The notes under the pieces are model-generated. The model saw only the letters and a program-made list of their open reading frames with translations. It was not told the origin of the DNA and made no database searches. From the NCBI GenBank assembly GCA_051657705.1, contig JBOFLE010000037.1, forward strand, positions 22,033-86,032: 64,000 nt of DNA. Direction: 5' to 3'. The translations under genes were made by a program, and so were the position numbers. The DNA comes from Nocardioides sp. (lineage in GTDB: Bacteria > Actinomycetota > Actinomycetes > Propionibacteriales > Nocardioidaceae). This document shows positions 10,403-21,363 of the stretch, in pieces; positions within the stretch are counted from its first letter, which is position 1, and each line of letters starts with the position of its first letter.

Positions 10403-13233
10403 GCCTGCCGTGGGATCTCCTTCAGCTCGAACGCCTCGACCACGTCACCCTCCTTGATATCGGAGTAGTTGCGCAGCACCAGACCACATTCGAAGCCCTC
10501 GCGGACCTCGCTGGCGTCGTCCTTCTCACGCTTGAGCGAGGCGAGCTCGAGATTATCGGCAACCACGGCGCCGTCTCGAACCAAGCGCACCTTGGCGTTG
10601 CGGCGGAGGGCGCCGGAGGTGACCATGCAGCCGGCGATATTGCCGACCTTGGAGGAACGGAAGATCGCGCGGATCTCCGCTTGGCCCAGAGTGGCCTCCT
10701 CGAACTCCGGCTTGAGCATGCCCTTCAGCGCCGACTCGATCTCCTCGATCGCCTGGTAGATCACCGAGTAGTAGCGAATCTCGACGCCCTCCTTCTCGGC
10801 CAGCTCGGTCGCCTTGCCCTGGGGCCTGACGTTGAAGCCGATGATGATCGCGTCCGAGGCCGCGGCCAACATGACGTTGGTCTCGGTGATCGCGCCGACA
10901 CCGCGGTCGATCACCCGCAGGGATACCTCGTCGCCGACATCGATCTTGGCCAACGAGTCCTCCAGCGCTTCGACCGAGCCGGACACATCGCCCTTGAGGA
11001 TCAGATTGAGTTCCTGGCTCTCGCCCTGCTCCATCGATGCCATGAAATCCTCGAGCGTGCGCCGCACGCGACGCTGCGCCTGCATGGCCGCGCGCTCGCG
11101 GGCCTCTCGCTTCTCCGCGATCTGGCGCGCCGTCCGATCGTCGTCGACCACCAGGAAATTCTGACCGGCGCCCGGAACCGCGGTCAGGCCCAGCACCATG
11201 GCCGGGCGCGACGGGTCGGCCTCGGTGATGTTCCCGCCGTGCTCGTCGAGCATCGCCCGGACCCGGCCGTGCGCCGGCCCCGCCACGATCGTGTCGCCGA
11301 CCTTCAGCGTCCCGCGCTGGACCAACACGGTGGCCACCGGTCCGCGACCGCGGTCCAGATGCGCCTCGACGACCAGGCCCTGGGCGTCCTGGCGGGGGTT
11401 CGCCCGAAGATCCAGCGAAGCGTCCGCGGTGAGCACGATGGCTTCGAGAAGCTTGTCCAGGTTGAGCTCGGACTTGGCGGAGACGTCGACGAACATCGAG
11501 TCGCCGCCGTACTCCTCCGGAATGAGACCGTAGTCGGTGAGCTGGCCGCGCACCTTGGTCGGATCGGCATCCGGCTTGTCGATCTTGTTGACCGCGACGA
11601 CGATGGGGACCTCCGCCGCCTTGGCATGGTTGAGCGCCTCGATCGTCTGCGGCATCACGCCGTCGTCGGCGGCAACCACCAACACCGCGATGTCGGTCGC
11701 CTTCGCGCCACGAGCACGCATCGCCGTGAATGCCTCATGGCCCGGCGTGTCGATGAAGGTGATCTTGCGATCCGCGCCGTCGACATCGGTGTGCACCTGG
11801 TAGGCGCCGATGTGCTGAGTGATCCCACCGGCTTCGCGGTCGACGACATCGGCGTTGCGCAATGCGTCGAGCAGCTTGGTCTTGCCGTGATCGACGTGCC
11901 CCATCACCGTCACCACCGGCGGTCGCACCTCGAGGTCGTCCTCGACTCCGTCATCGGACCCGAACTCCAGGTCGAAAGACTCCAGCAGTTCGCGGTCTTC
12001 GTCCTCCGGGGAGACCACCTGGACCACGTAGTTGAGTTCGTCGCCCAGCAATTCGAGGGTCTCGTCGCCGACCGACTGAGTGGCGGTCACCATCTCGCCG
12101 AGATGGAACAACATCTGTACGAGCGACGCCGGATCCACGCCGATCTTGTCCGCGAAGTCGGTCAAGGACGCCCCGCGAGCGAGGCGAATCGTCTCGCCGC
12201 TGCCCTTGCGGACTCGCATCCCGCCGATCGTGGGAGCCTCCATGTTGTCGAACTCTTGACGACGCTGGCGCTTGGACTTGCGGCCACGCCTGGACGGTCC
12301 GCCCGGACGCCCGAACGCTCCCTGGGTCGACCCCCGGCCTCCCGGACGTCCCCCCCCAGGACGACCGCCGCCGGGCGGCGGCCCGAATCCGCCGGGGGCG
12401 CCACCGCGATTGGGCGCACCTCCGGCGCCGGACCGACCGGGGGCACCGCCGCGCGCGGGCGTGCCCGGACGTCCGGGCGCGCCGGGTCGCCCCGGCGCTC
12501 CGGGACGACCGGAGCCGAATGCCGCGGGAGACTTGGGCATCATCGCGGGGTTGGGGCGCGGCATCCCCTCACGGTTGGCGGCGGGCCGAGCATCGAGGTC
12601 TTCGTCGCGGTCCACCCGTGGCGCCGGGCGCCGGCCCATTCCCTGACTCGGCGCGAACGGATTGTTCCCGGGCCGCGGAGCGCCGGGCCGAGGAGTCGGC
12701 TTCGGCCCCGAACTCGATGTCGGGGTCGGGGTCGGTCCGGGGCTCACCGTCGGATCGCCGCCCGCCGGCGGCGGCTCGGGCTGCTTGGCGCGGGCGGCCG
12801 GAGCGAGGTCACCGCGATCGTCGGCCTCGCCCGGTCGAGCGGGTTCCGCGACAGCGGGCTTGGGCGCGCCCGGTACGACACGCGGTCCGGGCTTCGGTGA
12901 GGCCGGCCGGTCCGCGACCGGCACGTTCTCCGTGGGCTCCTGGAGCGTCGGCTTCTGCGGAGCCACCGGTTGAGGCCCGGATTCGTGAGGCACCGGCCGA
13001 TCCTGCGCTGCCTTCTCCACCGGCTTGCTCGGCACCGCCGGGGCGGGAGCGGCCGCATCGGCGGCGGCCTTGAGCTTCTCGCCGTATTCCTTCTTGAAGC
13101 GCATCTCGACGGGCAGTTCGACGGTCGAGGATGGCGACTTGACGAACTCGCCCATCTCTTTGAGCTTCTCGAGAACGAACTTGCTCTCGACTCCGTACTC
13201 TTTCGCGAGTTCGTGGACTCGGGTTTTGGCCAC
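10399..13233 (-). CDS. infB: Translation initiation factor IF-2
   Basis: [12 protein letters not shown]-terminus, Pro/Gly/Arg-rich linker, [16 protein letters not shown] and NKID GTPase motifs. Confidence 0.98.
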   Translation of the reverse strand: MAKTRVHELAKEYGVESKFVLEKLKEMGEFVKSPSSTVELPVEMRFKKEYGEKLKAAADAAAPAPAVPSKPVEKAAQDRPVPHESGPQPVAPQKPTLQEPTENVPVADRPASPKPGPRVVPGAPKPAVAEPARPGEADDRGDLAPAARAKQPEPPPAGGDPTVSPGPTPTPTSSSGPKPTPRPGAPRPGNNPFAPSQGMGRRPAPRVDRDEDLDARPAANREGMPRPNPAMMPKSPAAFGSGRPGAPGRPGAPGRPGTPARGGAPGRSGAGGAPNRGGAPGGFGPPPGGGRPGGGRPGGRGSTQGAFGRPGGPSRRGRKSKRQRRQEFDNMEAPTIGGMRVRKGSGETIRLARGASLTDFADKIGVDPASLVQMLFHLGEMVTATQSVGDETLELLGDELNYVVQVVSPEDEDRELLESFDLEFGSDDGVEDDLEVRPPVVTVMGHVDHGKTKLLDALRNADVVDREAGGITQHIGAYQVHTDVDGADRKITFIDTPGHEAFTAMRARGAKATDIAVLVVAADDGVMPQTIEALNHAKAAEVPIVVAVNKIDKPDADPTKVRGQLTDYGLIPEEYGGDSMFVDVSAKSELNLDKLLEAIVLTADASLDLRANPRQDAQGLVVEAHLDRGRGPVATVLVQRGTLKVGDTIVAGPAHGRVRAMLDEHGGNITEADPSRPAMVLGLTAVPGAGQNFLVVDDDRTARQIAEKREARERAAMQAQRRVRRTLEDFMASMEQGESQELNLILKGDVSGSVEALEDSLAKIDVGDEVSLRVIDRGVGAITETNVMLAAASDAIIIGFNVRPQGKATELAEKEGVEIRYYSVIYQAIEEIESALKGMLKPEFEEATLGQAEIRAIFRSSKVGNIAGCMVTSGALRRNAKVRLVRDGAVVADNLELASLKREKDDASEVREGFECGLVLRNYSDIKEGDVVEAFELKEIPRQA

Positions 13234-13272
13234 GGGTTCCTCGGGCTCCTTCTGGCCCGGGTCCCAGGCGAA

Positions 13273-13375
13273 CTAGGAGCGGACCGGTAGTGGTGAAGCG
13301 GTTGTCGACAGACTCATCGGTTAGTACTCATCGAGTGCTCATGAGCTGCTGCTCCAGTTTCTTTCGGTGCTGCAT
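13273..13375 (-). other. Chain of three overlapped mini-ORFs: MQHRKKLEQQLMSTR* (13375-13328), MSTNR* (13331-13314), MSLSTTASPLPVRS* (13317-13273)
   Basis: Read directly: TGATG overlap with the ylxR stop, then two ATGA overlaps. Translation is not demonstrated. Confidence 0.55.
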
Positions 13376-13689
13376 CAGGTCGGGTTGGGCGAACTGCCGA
13401 GATACCTCTCGACCTCGGCGCTCGCCGGGCTTACCTGCGCGCGCAGTGCGCGCGGGAGTGCCCGTCGCCGAGTGGCCAGCCGATAACAGCCGACACTCAG
13501 ATGAAGATAAGCGCCGCGGCCGTCCGCGATCCGAGTCGGATCCGGGACGGCGACCAGGTCTTGGCCAATGCCCATTCCAACCACGATTCGCAACAGCTCG
13601 CTCTTGGGGGCCCGCTCCCGGCAACCGACGCAGGTCCTGACCTGTGACAACGGTGTTGGATCGGGTATCGACTGACGTTCGCGGACCAC
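13375..13689 (-). CDS. ylxR: YlxR/RnpM family protein (DUF448)
   Basis: VRTCVGCRERAPKSELLRIV...GRGAYLH...RRRALPRALR; between nusA and infB. Start GTG 13689 is inferred from a TAGAGT -10 candidate. Confidence 0.85.
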   Translation of the reverse strand: MVRERQSIPDPTPLSQVRTCVGCRERAPKSELLRIVVGMGIGQDLVAVPDPTRIADGRGAYLHLSVGCYRLATRRRALPRALRAQVSPASAEVERYLGSSPNPT

Positions 13690-13750
13690 CAGCGAAAACT
13701 CTAGCGCCTCGTCGACGAATACCCGAATACCCACCCTCGGTCGGCGGAGG

Positions 13751-14722
13751 TCAGGATCCTTCCTCGTCGGACTTGATGTCGATCCGCCAGCCGGTCAGCC
13801 GAGCGGCCAGTCGTGCGTTCTGGCCCTCTTTCCCGATCGCGAGTGAGAGCTGGTAGTCAGGCACCACGACCTGTGCCGACTTGGTCTCCGGAGCCACGAT
13901 CCGCACCGAACTCACCCGAGCCGGCGAGAGCGCTTGCGCCACGAATTCCGCGGGGTCCGCCGACCAGTCGACGATATCGATCTTCTCGCCGTGCAGTTCG
14001 GCCATCACGTTGCGGACCCGTTGTCCCATCGGCCCGATGCAGGAGCCTTTCGCATTGACCCCCGACACCGTGCTGTGCACCGCGATCTTGGTCCGATGAC
14101 CGGCCTCACGGGCGATGGCCGCGATCTCCACCGTGCCGTCGGCGACCTCGGGCACCTCCAAGGCGAACAACGTCCGGACCAGGTTGGGATGCGTGCGCGA
14201 GAGCGTCACCTGGGGTCCGCGCATCCCCTTACGCACCGAGATGACCAGGCATTTGATCCGATCGCCGTGCCGGTAGACCTCCCCGGGAACCCGCTCACCG
14301 AGAGGTAGCAGTGCCTCGATCTTTCCCAGGTCGATCAACACGTCGTCGGGGTTGCGACCCTGCTGGATGACGCCGGAGACGATGTCGCCCTCCTTGCCGG
14401 AGAACTCCCCGAACCGAACCTCGTCCTCGGCGTCGCGCAGGCGCTGCAGCATGATCTGCTTGGCCGTGGTGGCGGCGATCCGGCCGAAACCTTCCGGAGT
14501 GTCGTCGTACTCACCGATCCGATTGCCTTCGTCGTCGATCTCGGCGGCCAGCACCGAGACATGGCCGGTCTTACGGTCCAGCTCGACCCGAGCCCGCTCC
14601 CGCGCTCCCGGAGTCTTGTGGTAGGCCGTCAGCAAGGCCTGCTCGATGGCGTCGACCAAGACGTCGAAGGAGATCTCCTTCTCCCTCTCCAGCATTCGCA
14701 GGATGCTCAGGTCGATGTCCAT
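13751..14722 (-). CDS. nusA: Transcription termination/antitermination factor NusA
   Basis: [12 protein letters not shown]; [12 protein letters not shown]; [24 protein letters not shown]. Confidence 0.98.
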   Translation of the reverse strand: MDIDLSILRMLEREKEISFDVLVDAIEQALLTAYHKTPGARERARVELDRKTGHVSVLAAEIDDEGNRIGEYDDTPEGFGRIAATTAKQIMLQRLRDAEDEVRFGEFSGKEGDIVSGVIQQGRNPDDVLIDLGKIEALLPLGERVPGEVYRHGDRIKCLVISVRKGMRGPQVTLSRTHPNLVRTLFALEVPEVADGTVEIAAIAREAGHRTKIAVHSTVSGVNAKGSCIGPMGQRVRNVMAELHGEKIDIVDWSADPAEFVAQALSPARVSSVRIVAPETKSAQVVVPDYQLSLAIGKEGQNARLAARLTGWRIDIKSDEEGS

Positions 14723-15219
14723 CAGGCGCTACCTTCCGCAGTGAGCGCGGCCCTCGGGTCCGGCCGATTGAACTCCACCTGGACCAATGCCCGACGGATC
14801 TGGTCATAGCCGACCGTACGGGACTGCCCCGAGTCGTCGATCGTGGCCGCCCGCTCATCGGCCTTCAAGATCCGCCCGGTCAATCGGTCGGAGGTCACTG
14901 TCGTGACCTCGACCAACCGGCCGACATTGCGCCGCCAATGTCTCGGCGCGCTCAGCGGCCGGTCCACTCCGCGCGAAGTGACCTCCAACGTGTACGGACG
15001 CTCCCCCAGCAGATCTGCGTCGTCGAGCGTCGCCGAGATGACCGCGGTGGCGTCGGCGATGTCGTCCATGCTCGGGCCGGCATCGGAGTCGACCGCGATC
15101 CGAAGCACTCGGCGCGTGCCCGCCGTGGCGATTTCGACCGCCTCGAGGTCGAGGCCGAGATTTGTCAAGCGACCCTCGACCACGGAGGCGATCAGATCAG
15201 GATTAGGTGCCGGACTCAT
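14722..15219 (-). CDS. rimP: Ribosome maturation factor RimP
   Basis: [14 protein letters not shown]...[10 protein letters not shown]; first gene of the nusA-infB operon; AAGGAG RBS and TAGTAT -10 candidate at 15259-15264. Confidence 0.93.
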   Translation of the reverse strand: MSPAPNPDLIASVVEGRLTNLGLDLEAVEIATAGTRRVLRIAVDSDAGPSMDDIADATAVISATLDDADLLGERPYTLEVTSRGVDRPLSAPRHWRRNVGRLVEVTTVTSDRLTGRILKADERAATIDDSGQSRTVGYDQIRRALVQVEFNRPDPRAALTAEGSA

Positions 15220-15331
15220 GGCTGATCGGCTCTCCTTGTGCTGTTGTTCGGGATACGAATACTAGTGCCTGAAGCGGATCGCACCCCGCCAGCCCGGCTC
15301 GAAGCCAACCGATGCCGGTATCCTCGCGCGT

Positions 15332-16396
15332 GTGCCCGACCGGTCTATGCCAGCGTCAGCCAGCCGTCGGTCCGTGATCGGCACTATCGCGATCGCCGCC
15401 GTGCATGCGGCGGCCGGCTGCACCCGGTCGCGTCCCGATCCGACCGGTCCGGACCCGACGTCGCCCGCGGGCCAGGTGACGACTCGGCCTGATCCGGCGC
15501 TGCGGCGCGCGATCGACCTGGTGACCGAGCAGTACGAACTGATCGAGGCAACCATCGCAGGAGTCCCGCGGATCCGCGGCCGACTCACCGCACTGGCCGG
15601 CACTTCTGGCGCCCACCAACGGTTCCTCGCGGATCTGTCGGAACCCGGGGAGGCCGCTGGGACTCGGACCGGGGCGGATCCGGCCGCCTCGTCCGCACAC
15701 TCCGGTACCCGGGAAACCCTGTCCCGGGCAGACGCGGTGCAGGCGGTCCAGCGATCCATCGACGACTATCGGCCGGCGCTGGCCGAACTCGTTCTCGTCG
15801 CACGGGACGGTTCCCTGGCTCGCGCCTTGGCGAGCATGCTGGCGGGTACGGCGCAGGCCGTCCGGATAGCCGCTCTGTCCTGGCCTCCGAAGCCCCAGTA
15901 CCCGCCAGGCGCTCCGGAGGGGGATATCGGAGCTTCGGAGCGGTCGGCCCTCCGCCGGACTCTGGAGGGCGAGCACGCCGCACTGTGGTGGCACGGCCTG
16001 ATCGGAAGCCGAACCTCGATCAGCCGACAACGAGAACTCTACGAGTCCATCGCTCGCGCCTATGCGACTCATCGCGCTCGCCGGGATCAGCTGGTCGTGC
16101 TCTTCGACCGGCTCGGGGAACCCCCTCCGGCCGCACAACCGGCCTACCCACTGACCTCCAAGCTGGCCACCGGTCTCAGCTCACGCGGAGAGCTCACGGC
16201 GGCGGCCGCGGAGGTTGCGCACGGTTGCGCCCGGACCTACGCCTGGCTGATCGCTCAGGCACCACCCGGAGTCGAAGCCCTGCCTGGGAGCCGGTGGTGG
16301 GCGCTGTCGGCGCTGGAGGAGATCTCACTCCGCGAACTCGCGCTCCAGGGAACCCCCGAGAACTTCCCTGGAGCAAGCGAGCTTGCGAACCCCTGA
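15332..16396 (+). CDS. Putative Tat-exported lipoprotein with C-terminal ferritin-like DUF4439 domain
   Basis: SRRSVIG twin-arginine-like motif, hydrophobic stretch and AAGC lipobox; C-terminal half has GEHAAL...HRARRDQL...AQPAYPL. Divergent from rimP. Confidence 0.65.
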   Translation: MPDRSMPASASRRSVIGTIAIAAVHAAAGCTRSRPDPTGPDPTSPAGQVTTRPDPALRRAIDLVTEQYELIEATIAGVPRIRGRLTALAGTSGAHQRFLADLSEPGEAAGTRTGADPAASSAHSGTRETLSRADAVQAVQRSIDDYRPALAELVLVARDGSLARALASMLAGTAQAVRIAALSWPPKPQYPPGAPEGDIGASERSALRRTLEGEHAALWWHGLIGSRTSISRQRELYESIARAYATHRARRDQLVVLFDRLGEPPPAAQPAYPLTSKLATGLSSRGELTAAAAEVAHGCARTYAWLIAQAPPGVEALPGSRWWALSALEEISLRELALQGTPENFPGASELANP

Positions 16397-16531
16397 CGAG
16401 CTGGTTTCATGCTCTCGCACAAAACTGCATCTGCGCTCCTCACGGCAGCCGCAAGTTCGTGCAATGCAAATTCTCGCAATACTTGCCGCCAGCACGGCCA
16501 CCAGCTGGCGTGCGATCTTGTCCGGGCCGAC

Positions 16532-17257
16532 TCAGGACCAACCCTCCAGGATCGCCGTGATCTCGCTCAGCCGGCCGATCGTCGCGTCCGGCACTCCCGT
16601 CGAGTGCCCGAGCTGCTCGGCCGGAATAGCACTGTGCGGCACGTGGATCGCCCGCATCCCGACTGCCTGTGCCCCCCAGATGTCCTCGAATAGCCGGTCC
16701 CCGACGTAGACACAGCGACCGGGCTCATGCACGCCGACCGTGCTCATCGCCGCGGCGAAAGCTCGCGGCGAGGGCTTGGCATGTCCGAGTTCGCTGCTGT
16801 ACACGGCGCCGTCGATCAGTTCCGCCACGCCGTCGCGTTCGAAGATCCGGGTATGCGCCGCGGCCGGCCAGACGGTGTTGGAGAGCACACCGACTTTGAG
16901 TCCCCGATGCCGCAAGTCCTCAAAGAGTGGTCCTACCTCGGGATCGGTGTAGGTGTGCGATTCCCAGAACTCGTAGTACTCGGCCAGTAGGTCGACGTCG
17001 TGAGCCAGGCCGGCCTCGGCGAAGATGTCGCCGATCGTCGCGCTTCGCTGATGATCGCGGGACCGCGCCCACACTACCGAGTTCGCGGCTGCCAGCGCCT
17101 CCGCGTGACCGGACCGGGTCCGGCGATCCGTACCGGGCACGGCCGCGGCCAGCGCGTGTGCTTCGGCGGCGAAGTCGATGTCGTGCCACGGCGTCAGCGT
17201 GCCACCCCAGTCGAACAGCACCGCCGCGATCGCGCTGCCGGGATCAGCCGACGCCAC
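16532..17257 (-). CDS. HAD-superfamily hydrolase
   Basis: AVLFDWGGTLT (motif I variant), VLSNT, AKPSP, YVGDRLFEDI. Confidence 0.9.
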   Translation of the reverse strand: MASADPGSAIAAVLFDWGGTLTPWHDIDFAAEAHALAAAVPGTDRRTRSGHAEALAAANSVVWARSRDHQRSATIGDIFAEAGLAHDVDLLAEYYEFWESHTYTDPEVGPLFEDLRHRGLKVGVLSNTVWPAAAHTRIFERDGVAELIDGAVYSSELGHAKPSPRAFAAAMSTVGVHEPGRCVYVGDRLFEDIWGAQAVGMRAIHVPHSAIPAEQLGHSTGVPDATIGRLSEITAILEGWS

Positions 17258-17267
17258 CGGTCCGACT

Positions 17268-17528
17268 CGCTTCGCTCATCGTTGTTCTCTCGCTCGCAGT
17301 TCGAGCGCCGGGTCACGGTCGGTGGGAACGTGCAGACCGACGCGCTCTCTCGCGTCGCTCAGCCTCATTTTCTCGCTCGCAGTTCGAGCGGACCCTTGCC
17401 GTCGGCGTTCGGGTGCGGGCCGCCGCGCTCTCTCGCGTCGCTCAGCCTCATTTTCTCGCTCGCAGTTCGAGCGGACCCTTGCCGTCGGCGTTCGGGTGCG
17501 GGCCGCCGCGCTCTCTCGCGTCGCTCAG
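17268..17528 (-). repeat. 83-bp MIRU-like tandem repeat (2.3 identical copies plus one diverged copy); each unit is a mini-ORF
   Basis: Units start at 17341, 17424 and 17507 with identical sequence; a diverged unit covers ~17268-17340. Minus-strand ORFs: [28 protein letters not shown] (17451-17365), [30 protein letters not shown] (17368-17276), MSEASRTGGVG* (17279-17244). Confidence 0.9.
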
Positions 17529-19298
17529 GCCGACCTCGTTGAGCAGGCGCTGCACCGCGCTGGCCACCTCGATTTCGACACGCGTTCCGGAACGGCGGTC
17601 CTTGACATCGATCTTCCCCGCGGCCAGACCCCGTCCGACGGTGACGATCGTGGGCACCCCGATGAGTTCGGCGTCCTTGAACTTGACCCCGGGGCTGACC
17701 TTGCGTCGGTCGTCGTAGAGCACCACCACCCCATGCCGGCTCAACTCCGCGGCCAGGAGTTCCGCGGCCGCGAATACCGCGTCCTGCTTCCCGGTGGCTA
17801 CGATGATCAAGTCTGCCGGCGCGACCTCACGCGGCCAGCACAGCCCCCACTGGTCGTGAGTGTTCTCGGCGATCGCGGCTACCGCGCGAGAGGGCCCGAT
17901 GCCGTACGAGCCCATGGTGACCGTGACCAGCCGGCCGTTCTCGTCGAGGACCTGGAGACCGAGCGCCTCGGCGTACTTGGTCCCGAGCTGGAAGATGTGG
18001 CCCATCTCGATGCCGCGGGCGGTCTCCAGGAGCCCCTGGTCGCATTGCGGACACGGATCGCCGTCGCGCACCTCGGCTGCCTCGATGGTTCCGTCCGGCG
18101 CGAAGTCGCGACCGGCCACGAGATCGAGCACGTGGCTGCCGGCCAGATCCGCTCCGGTCACCCAGCTGGTCCCGGTCGCGACACGGGGGTCGACCAGATA
18201 GCGAATACCGGTCAAGCCCGACTCCCCCAGCGTTGCCGGGCCGATGTACCCCTTCACGAGCGCCGGATGCCGGTCGAACTCCACGTCGCCCATCGGTTCG
18301 ACCTCGATCGGCTCGAGCCGACCCTCGAGTCGCTTCTGATCCACTTCCCGATCGCCGGGAAGGCCGATCGCGAGCGGCACCCTGGTGCCGTCGGGGTGCT
18401 TCAACATCACCAGGACGTTCTTCAGGGTGTCACCGGCGACCCAGTCACGGTCGGCGCGCGGGAAATGCTCGTTCAGGTGGCCTACCAGGGTGTCGATGGT
18501 GGGAGTATCCGGCGTCTTCTCTACCCGGGCTTCCGGCAGGGATGCGATCTCGACGGCCGACAATGCCGCCGGTGGCCGGACCCGCACCGCCTCCACGTTG
18601 GCGGCATAGTCACAGTTCCCGCACCGGACATAGGTGTCTTCGCCCGCGTCCGCTCGGGCGAGGAACTCCTCGCTCCCGGATCCTCCCATGGCGCCCGAGG
18701 TCGCCTTGACGATCGTGTAGTCGAAACCGAGCCGGTCGAAGATCCTGATGTAGGCGGCACGATGGGCCGCGTACGACTTCTGCAGCCCCGCGTCGTCGAT
18801 GTCGAACGAGTAGGAGTCCTTCATCACGAACTCCCGGCCTCGCAGGAGACCTGCGCGGGGCCGCGCCTCGTCGCGGTACTTGGTCTGAATCTGATAGATC
18901 GACAGCGGCAGGTCCTTGTACGACGAGTAGAGGTCCTTCACCAGCAAGGTGAACATCTCCTCGTGCGTGGGCCCCAGCAGGTAGTCGTTGTCCTTGCGAT
19001 CGGTGAGCCGGAACAACCCCGAGCCGTACTCGGTCCAGCGCCCGGTGGCCTCATAGGGCTCGCGAGGCAGAAGCGCCGGGAAGTGAACCTCCTGAGCACC
19101 CATCGCGTCCATCTCGTCACGAATGATCTGCTCGATCCTGCGGAGCACTCGATAGCCGAGCGGCAGCCAGGAGTACAGACCCGGCGCGACCCGCCGGATG
19201 TATCCGGCACGGACCAGCAGGCGGTGACTCGGCACCTCGGCATCGGCCGGGTCATCGCGCAGCGTACGGACGAACAAGGTCGACATGCGCAAGATCAT
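17448..19298 (-). CDS. proS: Proline--tRNA ligase (with editing domain)
   Basis: [25 protein letters not shown]; LGPTHEE; FRDEARPR-like [17 protein letters not shown]; [11 protein letters not shown]; MGSYGIG. The start was corrected from the ORF track to ATG 19298. Confidence 0.97.
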   Translation of the reverse strand: MILRMSTLFVRTLRDDPADAEVPSHRLLVRAGYIRRVAPGLYSWLPLGYRVLRRIEQIIRDEMDAMGAQEVHFPALLPREPYEATGRWTEYGSGLFRLTDRKDNDYLLGPTHEEMFTLLVKDLYSSYKDLPLSIYQIQTKYRDEARPRAGLLRGREFVMKDSYSFDIDDAGLQKSYAAHRAAYIRIFDRLGFDYTIVKATSGAMGGSGSEEFLARADAGEDTYVRCGNCDYAANVEAVRVRPPAALSAVEIASLPEARVEKTPDTPTIDTLVGHLNEHFPRADRDWVAGDTLKNVLVMLKHPDGTRVPLAIGLPGDREVDQKRLEGRLEPIEVEPMGDVEFDRHPALVKGYIGPATLGESGLTGIRYLVDPRVATGTSWVTGADLAGSHVLDLVAGRDFAPDGTIEAAEVRDGDPCPQCDQGLLETARGIEMGHIFQLGTKYAEALGLQVLDENGRLVTVTMGSYGIGPSRAVAAIAENTHDQWGLCWPREVAPADLIIVATGKQDAVFAAAELLAAELSRHGVVVLYDDRRKVSPGVKFKDAELIGVPTIVTVGRGLAAGKIDVKDRRSGTRVEIEVASAVQRLLNEVGLSDARERGGPHPNADGKGPLELRARK

Positions 19299-19312
19299 GC
19301 GGGCAAGGCTAC

Positions 19313-20161
19313 TTACTGAAACATCACCGTGCCGAACCTGGCCGACTCGAGGAATCCGCAGCGCGCGTAGGCACGTCGCGCCGCGAGGTTCCAATCGTTG
19401 ACGTAAAGCGACGCGACCGGAGCGATGTGGTCGTGGATATGCCGGACCACCGAGGCGATCGCCGGTGCGGCAAGGCCGTGACCCCGATACCGCGGGCTGA
19501 CGTAGACGCCCTGGATCTGGGCGGCCGAGGGTGTCGCGCACGCTACTTCGGCCTTGAACACGACCTGCCCCTCCTCGATCCGGACGAACGACCACTGCCG
19601 TTCCACGAGTTGCCCGATGCGTACCCGATAGTGCTCCCCACCGGGACCGCTCTCCGGCGAGATCCCGACCTCCTCGGTGTACATCGCGACACACGCGGGG
19701 TACAGCAGACCCAAGTCCGCCGGCGTACTCAGCCGAACCGCCGGATCCGCCGCGATCGCCGGGCTGCTGCTGATCTCGAGGTGCGGCTGCCCCATCCGCA
19801 GATCCCGCGGGGCACGTCGTCGCTCGCCCATCACGTCGAACAACGTCCGCACCGCCGCCTGTGGACCGAAGATCGTCGAGATCGGACTGTGCTTCTCGTT
19901 GGCACGCCGACCGAATGCCTCGGCGTCCGCGACGGTCGCCTGAACCGGCACCAGGTTGGCCCCGACATGGCAGGCGGCCACCAGTCCGCCGCCCTCGAAC
20001 CGACCCCAGATCTCGCCACCCAGCCACCGAGGCTCGAGCTTGCTGGACCGTGCCCGGTATTCCGTGAAGACATTGACGACCGGGTCCTGGCCACTGAGTT
20101 CGACGAACGAGTCGAGGTCTGCTGGCCCCAGAGGTCGGATGTCAGCGGTCGCGACACTCAT
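19313..20161 (-). CDS. GNAT family N-acetyltransferase (DUF4081-type)
   Basis: [17 protein letters not shown]...[20 protein letters not shown]; usual position between ispG and proS. Confidence 0.88.
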   Translation of the reverse strand: MSVATADIRPLGPADLDSFVELSGQDPVVNVFTEYRARSSKLEPRWLGGEIWGRFEGGGLVAACHVGANLVPVQATVADAEAFGRRANEKHSPISTIFGPQAAVRTLFDVMGERRRAPRDLRMGQPHLEISSSPAIAADPAVRLSTPADLGLLYPACVAMYTEEVGISPESGPGGEHYRVRIGQLVERQWSFVRIEEGQVVFKAEVACATPSAAQIQGVYVSPRYRGHGLAAPAIASVVRHIHDHIAPVASLYVNDWNLAARRAYARCGFLESARFGTVMFQ

Positions 20162-20194
20162 TCACGGAACTGCCATCTTCAGGAGACCGCCATG

Positions 20195-21343
20195 TCACGA
20201 CACCGTCACTGCGGGTGCCGCACCGTCGACCGGCTCCATGTTCGCCGCCAGCCGCATCGCCTCATCGATCAACGTCTCGACGATCTGCGCCTCCGGGACG
20301 GTCTTGATCACCTCGCCCTTGACGAAGATCTGCCCCTTGCCGTTGCCCGACGCCACCCCGAGATCGGCTTCGCGCGCTTCTCCCGGGCCGTTCACCACGC
20401 ATCCCATGACCGCGACCCGCAGCGGCACCTCCAGCCCGTCGAGACCGGCGGTCACCCGCTCGGCGAGGGTGTAGACGTCGACCTGCGCCCTGCCACACGA
20501 CGGGCACGAGACGATCTCCAGTCGCCGCGGCCGCAGGTTGAGCGACTCCAGGATCTGCAGTCCGACCTTCACTTCCTCCACCGGAGGGGCCGACAGCGAC
20601 ACCCGGATGGTGTCACCGATTCCCTGGCTCAACAAGGCCCCGAAGGCGACCGAGGACTTGATGGTTCCTTGAAAGGCCGGCCCGGCCTCCGTGACACCCA
20701 GGTGCAGGGGCCAGTCTCCGGCCTCGGCAAGCAGTTCGTAGGCCCGCACCATCACCACCGGGTCGTTGTGCTTGACCGAGATCTTGAAGTCCTCGAATCC
20801 GTGCTCCTCGAAGAGCCCGGCCTCCCAGACCGCGGACTCGACCAACGCTTCCGGAGTTGCCTTGCCGTACTTCTCCAGGAGCCGCTTGTCCAGCGAGCCG
20901 GCGTTCACCCCGATCCGGAGAGACGTCCCCCTGGCCTTGGCCGCCGCCGCGATCTGTCCGACCTGGTCGTCGAACTGCCGGATGTTACCGGGATTGACAC
21001 GGACCGCCGCGCACCCGGCGTCGATCGCGGCGAACACGTACTTGGGCTGGAAGTGGATGTCGGCGATCACCGGTATCTGCGACTTGCCGGCGATCGCGGC
21101 CAGCGCGTCGGCGTCGTCCTGGCTGGGGCAGGCCACCCGCACGATGTCGCAGCCTGCCGCGGTCAGTTCGGCGATCTGCTGCAGAGTGGAGTTCACGTCC
21201 GCGGTCACGGTGGTGGTCATCGACTGCACCGAGATCGGATGGTCGCTGCCTACGCCGACCTTGCCGAGAGTGATCTGCCTGGTCCTTCGGCGCGGCGCCA
21301 GCACCGGCGCCGGCAATCCCGGCATCCCCAGACCTACTGTCAC
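20195..21343 (-). CDS. ispG: (E)-4-hydroxy-3-methylbut-2-enyl-diphosphate synthase
   Basis: ISVQSMTTT; ADIHF; VRVNPGNI; SCPSCGR...[10 protein letters not shown] Fe-S cysteines. Confidence 0.98.
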   Translation of the reverse strand: MTVGLGMPGLPAPVLAPRRRTRQITLGKVGVGSDHPISVQSMTTTVTADVNSTLQQIAELTAAGCDIVRVACPSQDDADALAAIAGKSQIPVIADIHFQPKYVFAAIDAGCAAVRVNPGNIRQFDDQVGQIAAAAKARGTSLRIGVNAGSLDKRLLEKYGKATPEALVESAVWEAGLFEEHGFEDFKISVKHNDPVVMVRAYELLAEAGDWPLHLGVTEAGPAFQGTIKSSVAFGALLSQGIGDTIRVSLSAPPVEEVKVGLQILESLNLRPRRLEIVSCPSCGRAQVDVYTLAERVTAGLDGLEVPLRVAVMGCVVNGPGEAREADLGVASGNGKGQIFVKGEVIKTVPEAQIVETLIDEAMRLAANMEPVDGAAPAVTVS

Positions 21344-21363
21344 GACGACTAGCCTACGCGCGG

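Noticed and set aside
12290-12560. Low-complexity GRPGAP/GGRPG repeats
   Set aside because: This is the normal Pro/Gly/Arg-rich linker of actinobacterial IF2.
17268-17528. CRISPR array (constant ~50-bp segment alternating with 33-bp segments)
   Set aside because: Two of the three apparent spacers are identical and the third aligns with them. No cas genes or leader are present, and the array overlaps the proS coding end.
17448-20027. 859-aa ProRS as given by the ORF track
   Set aside because: The upstream part overlaps the GNAT gene in another frame; the conserved ProRS start is at 19298. Similar over-extensions affect rseP, coaD, rsmD, leuC, cofC, plsC, IclR and rnc.
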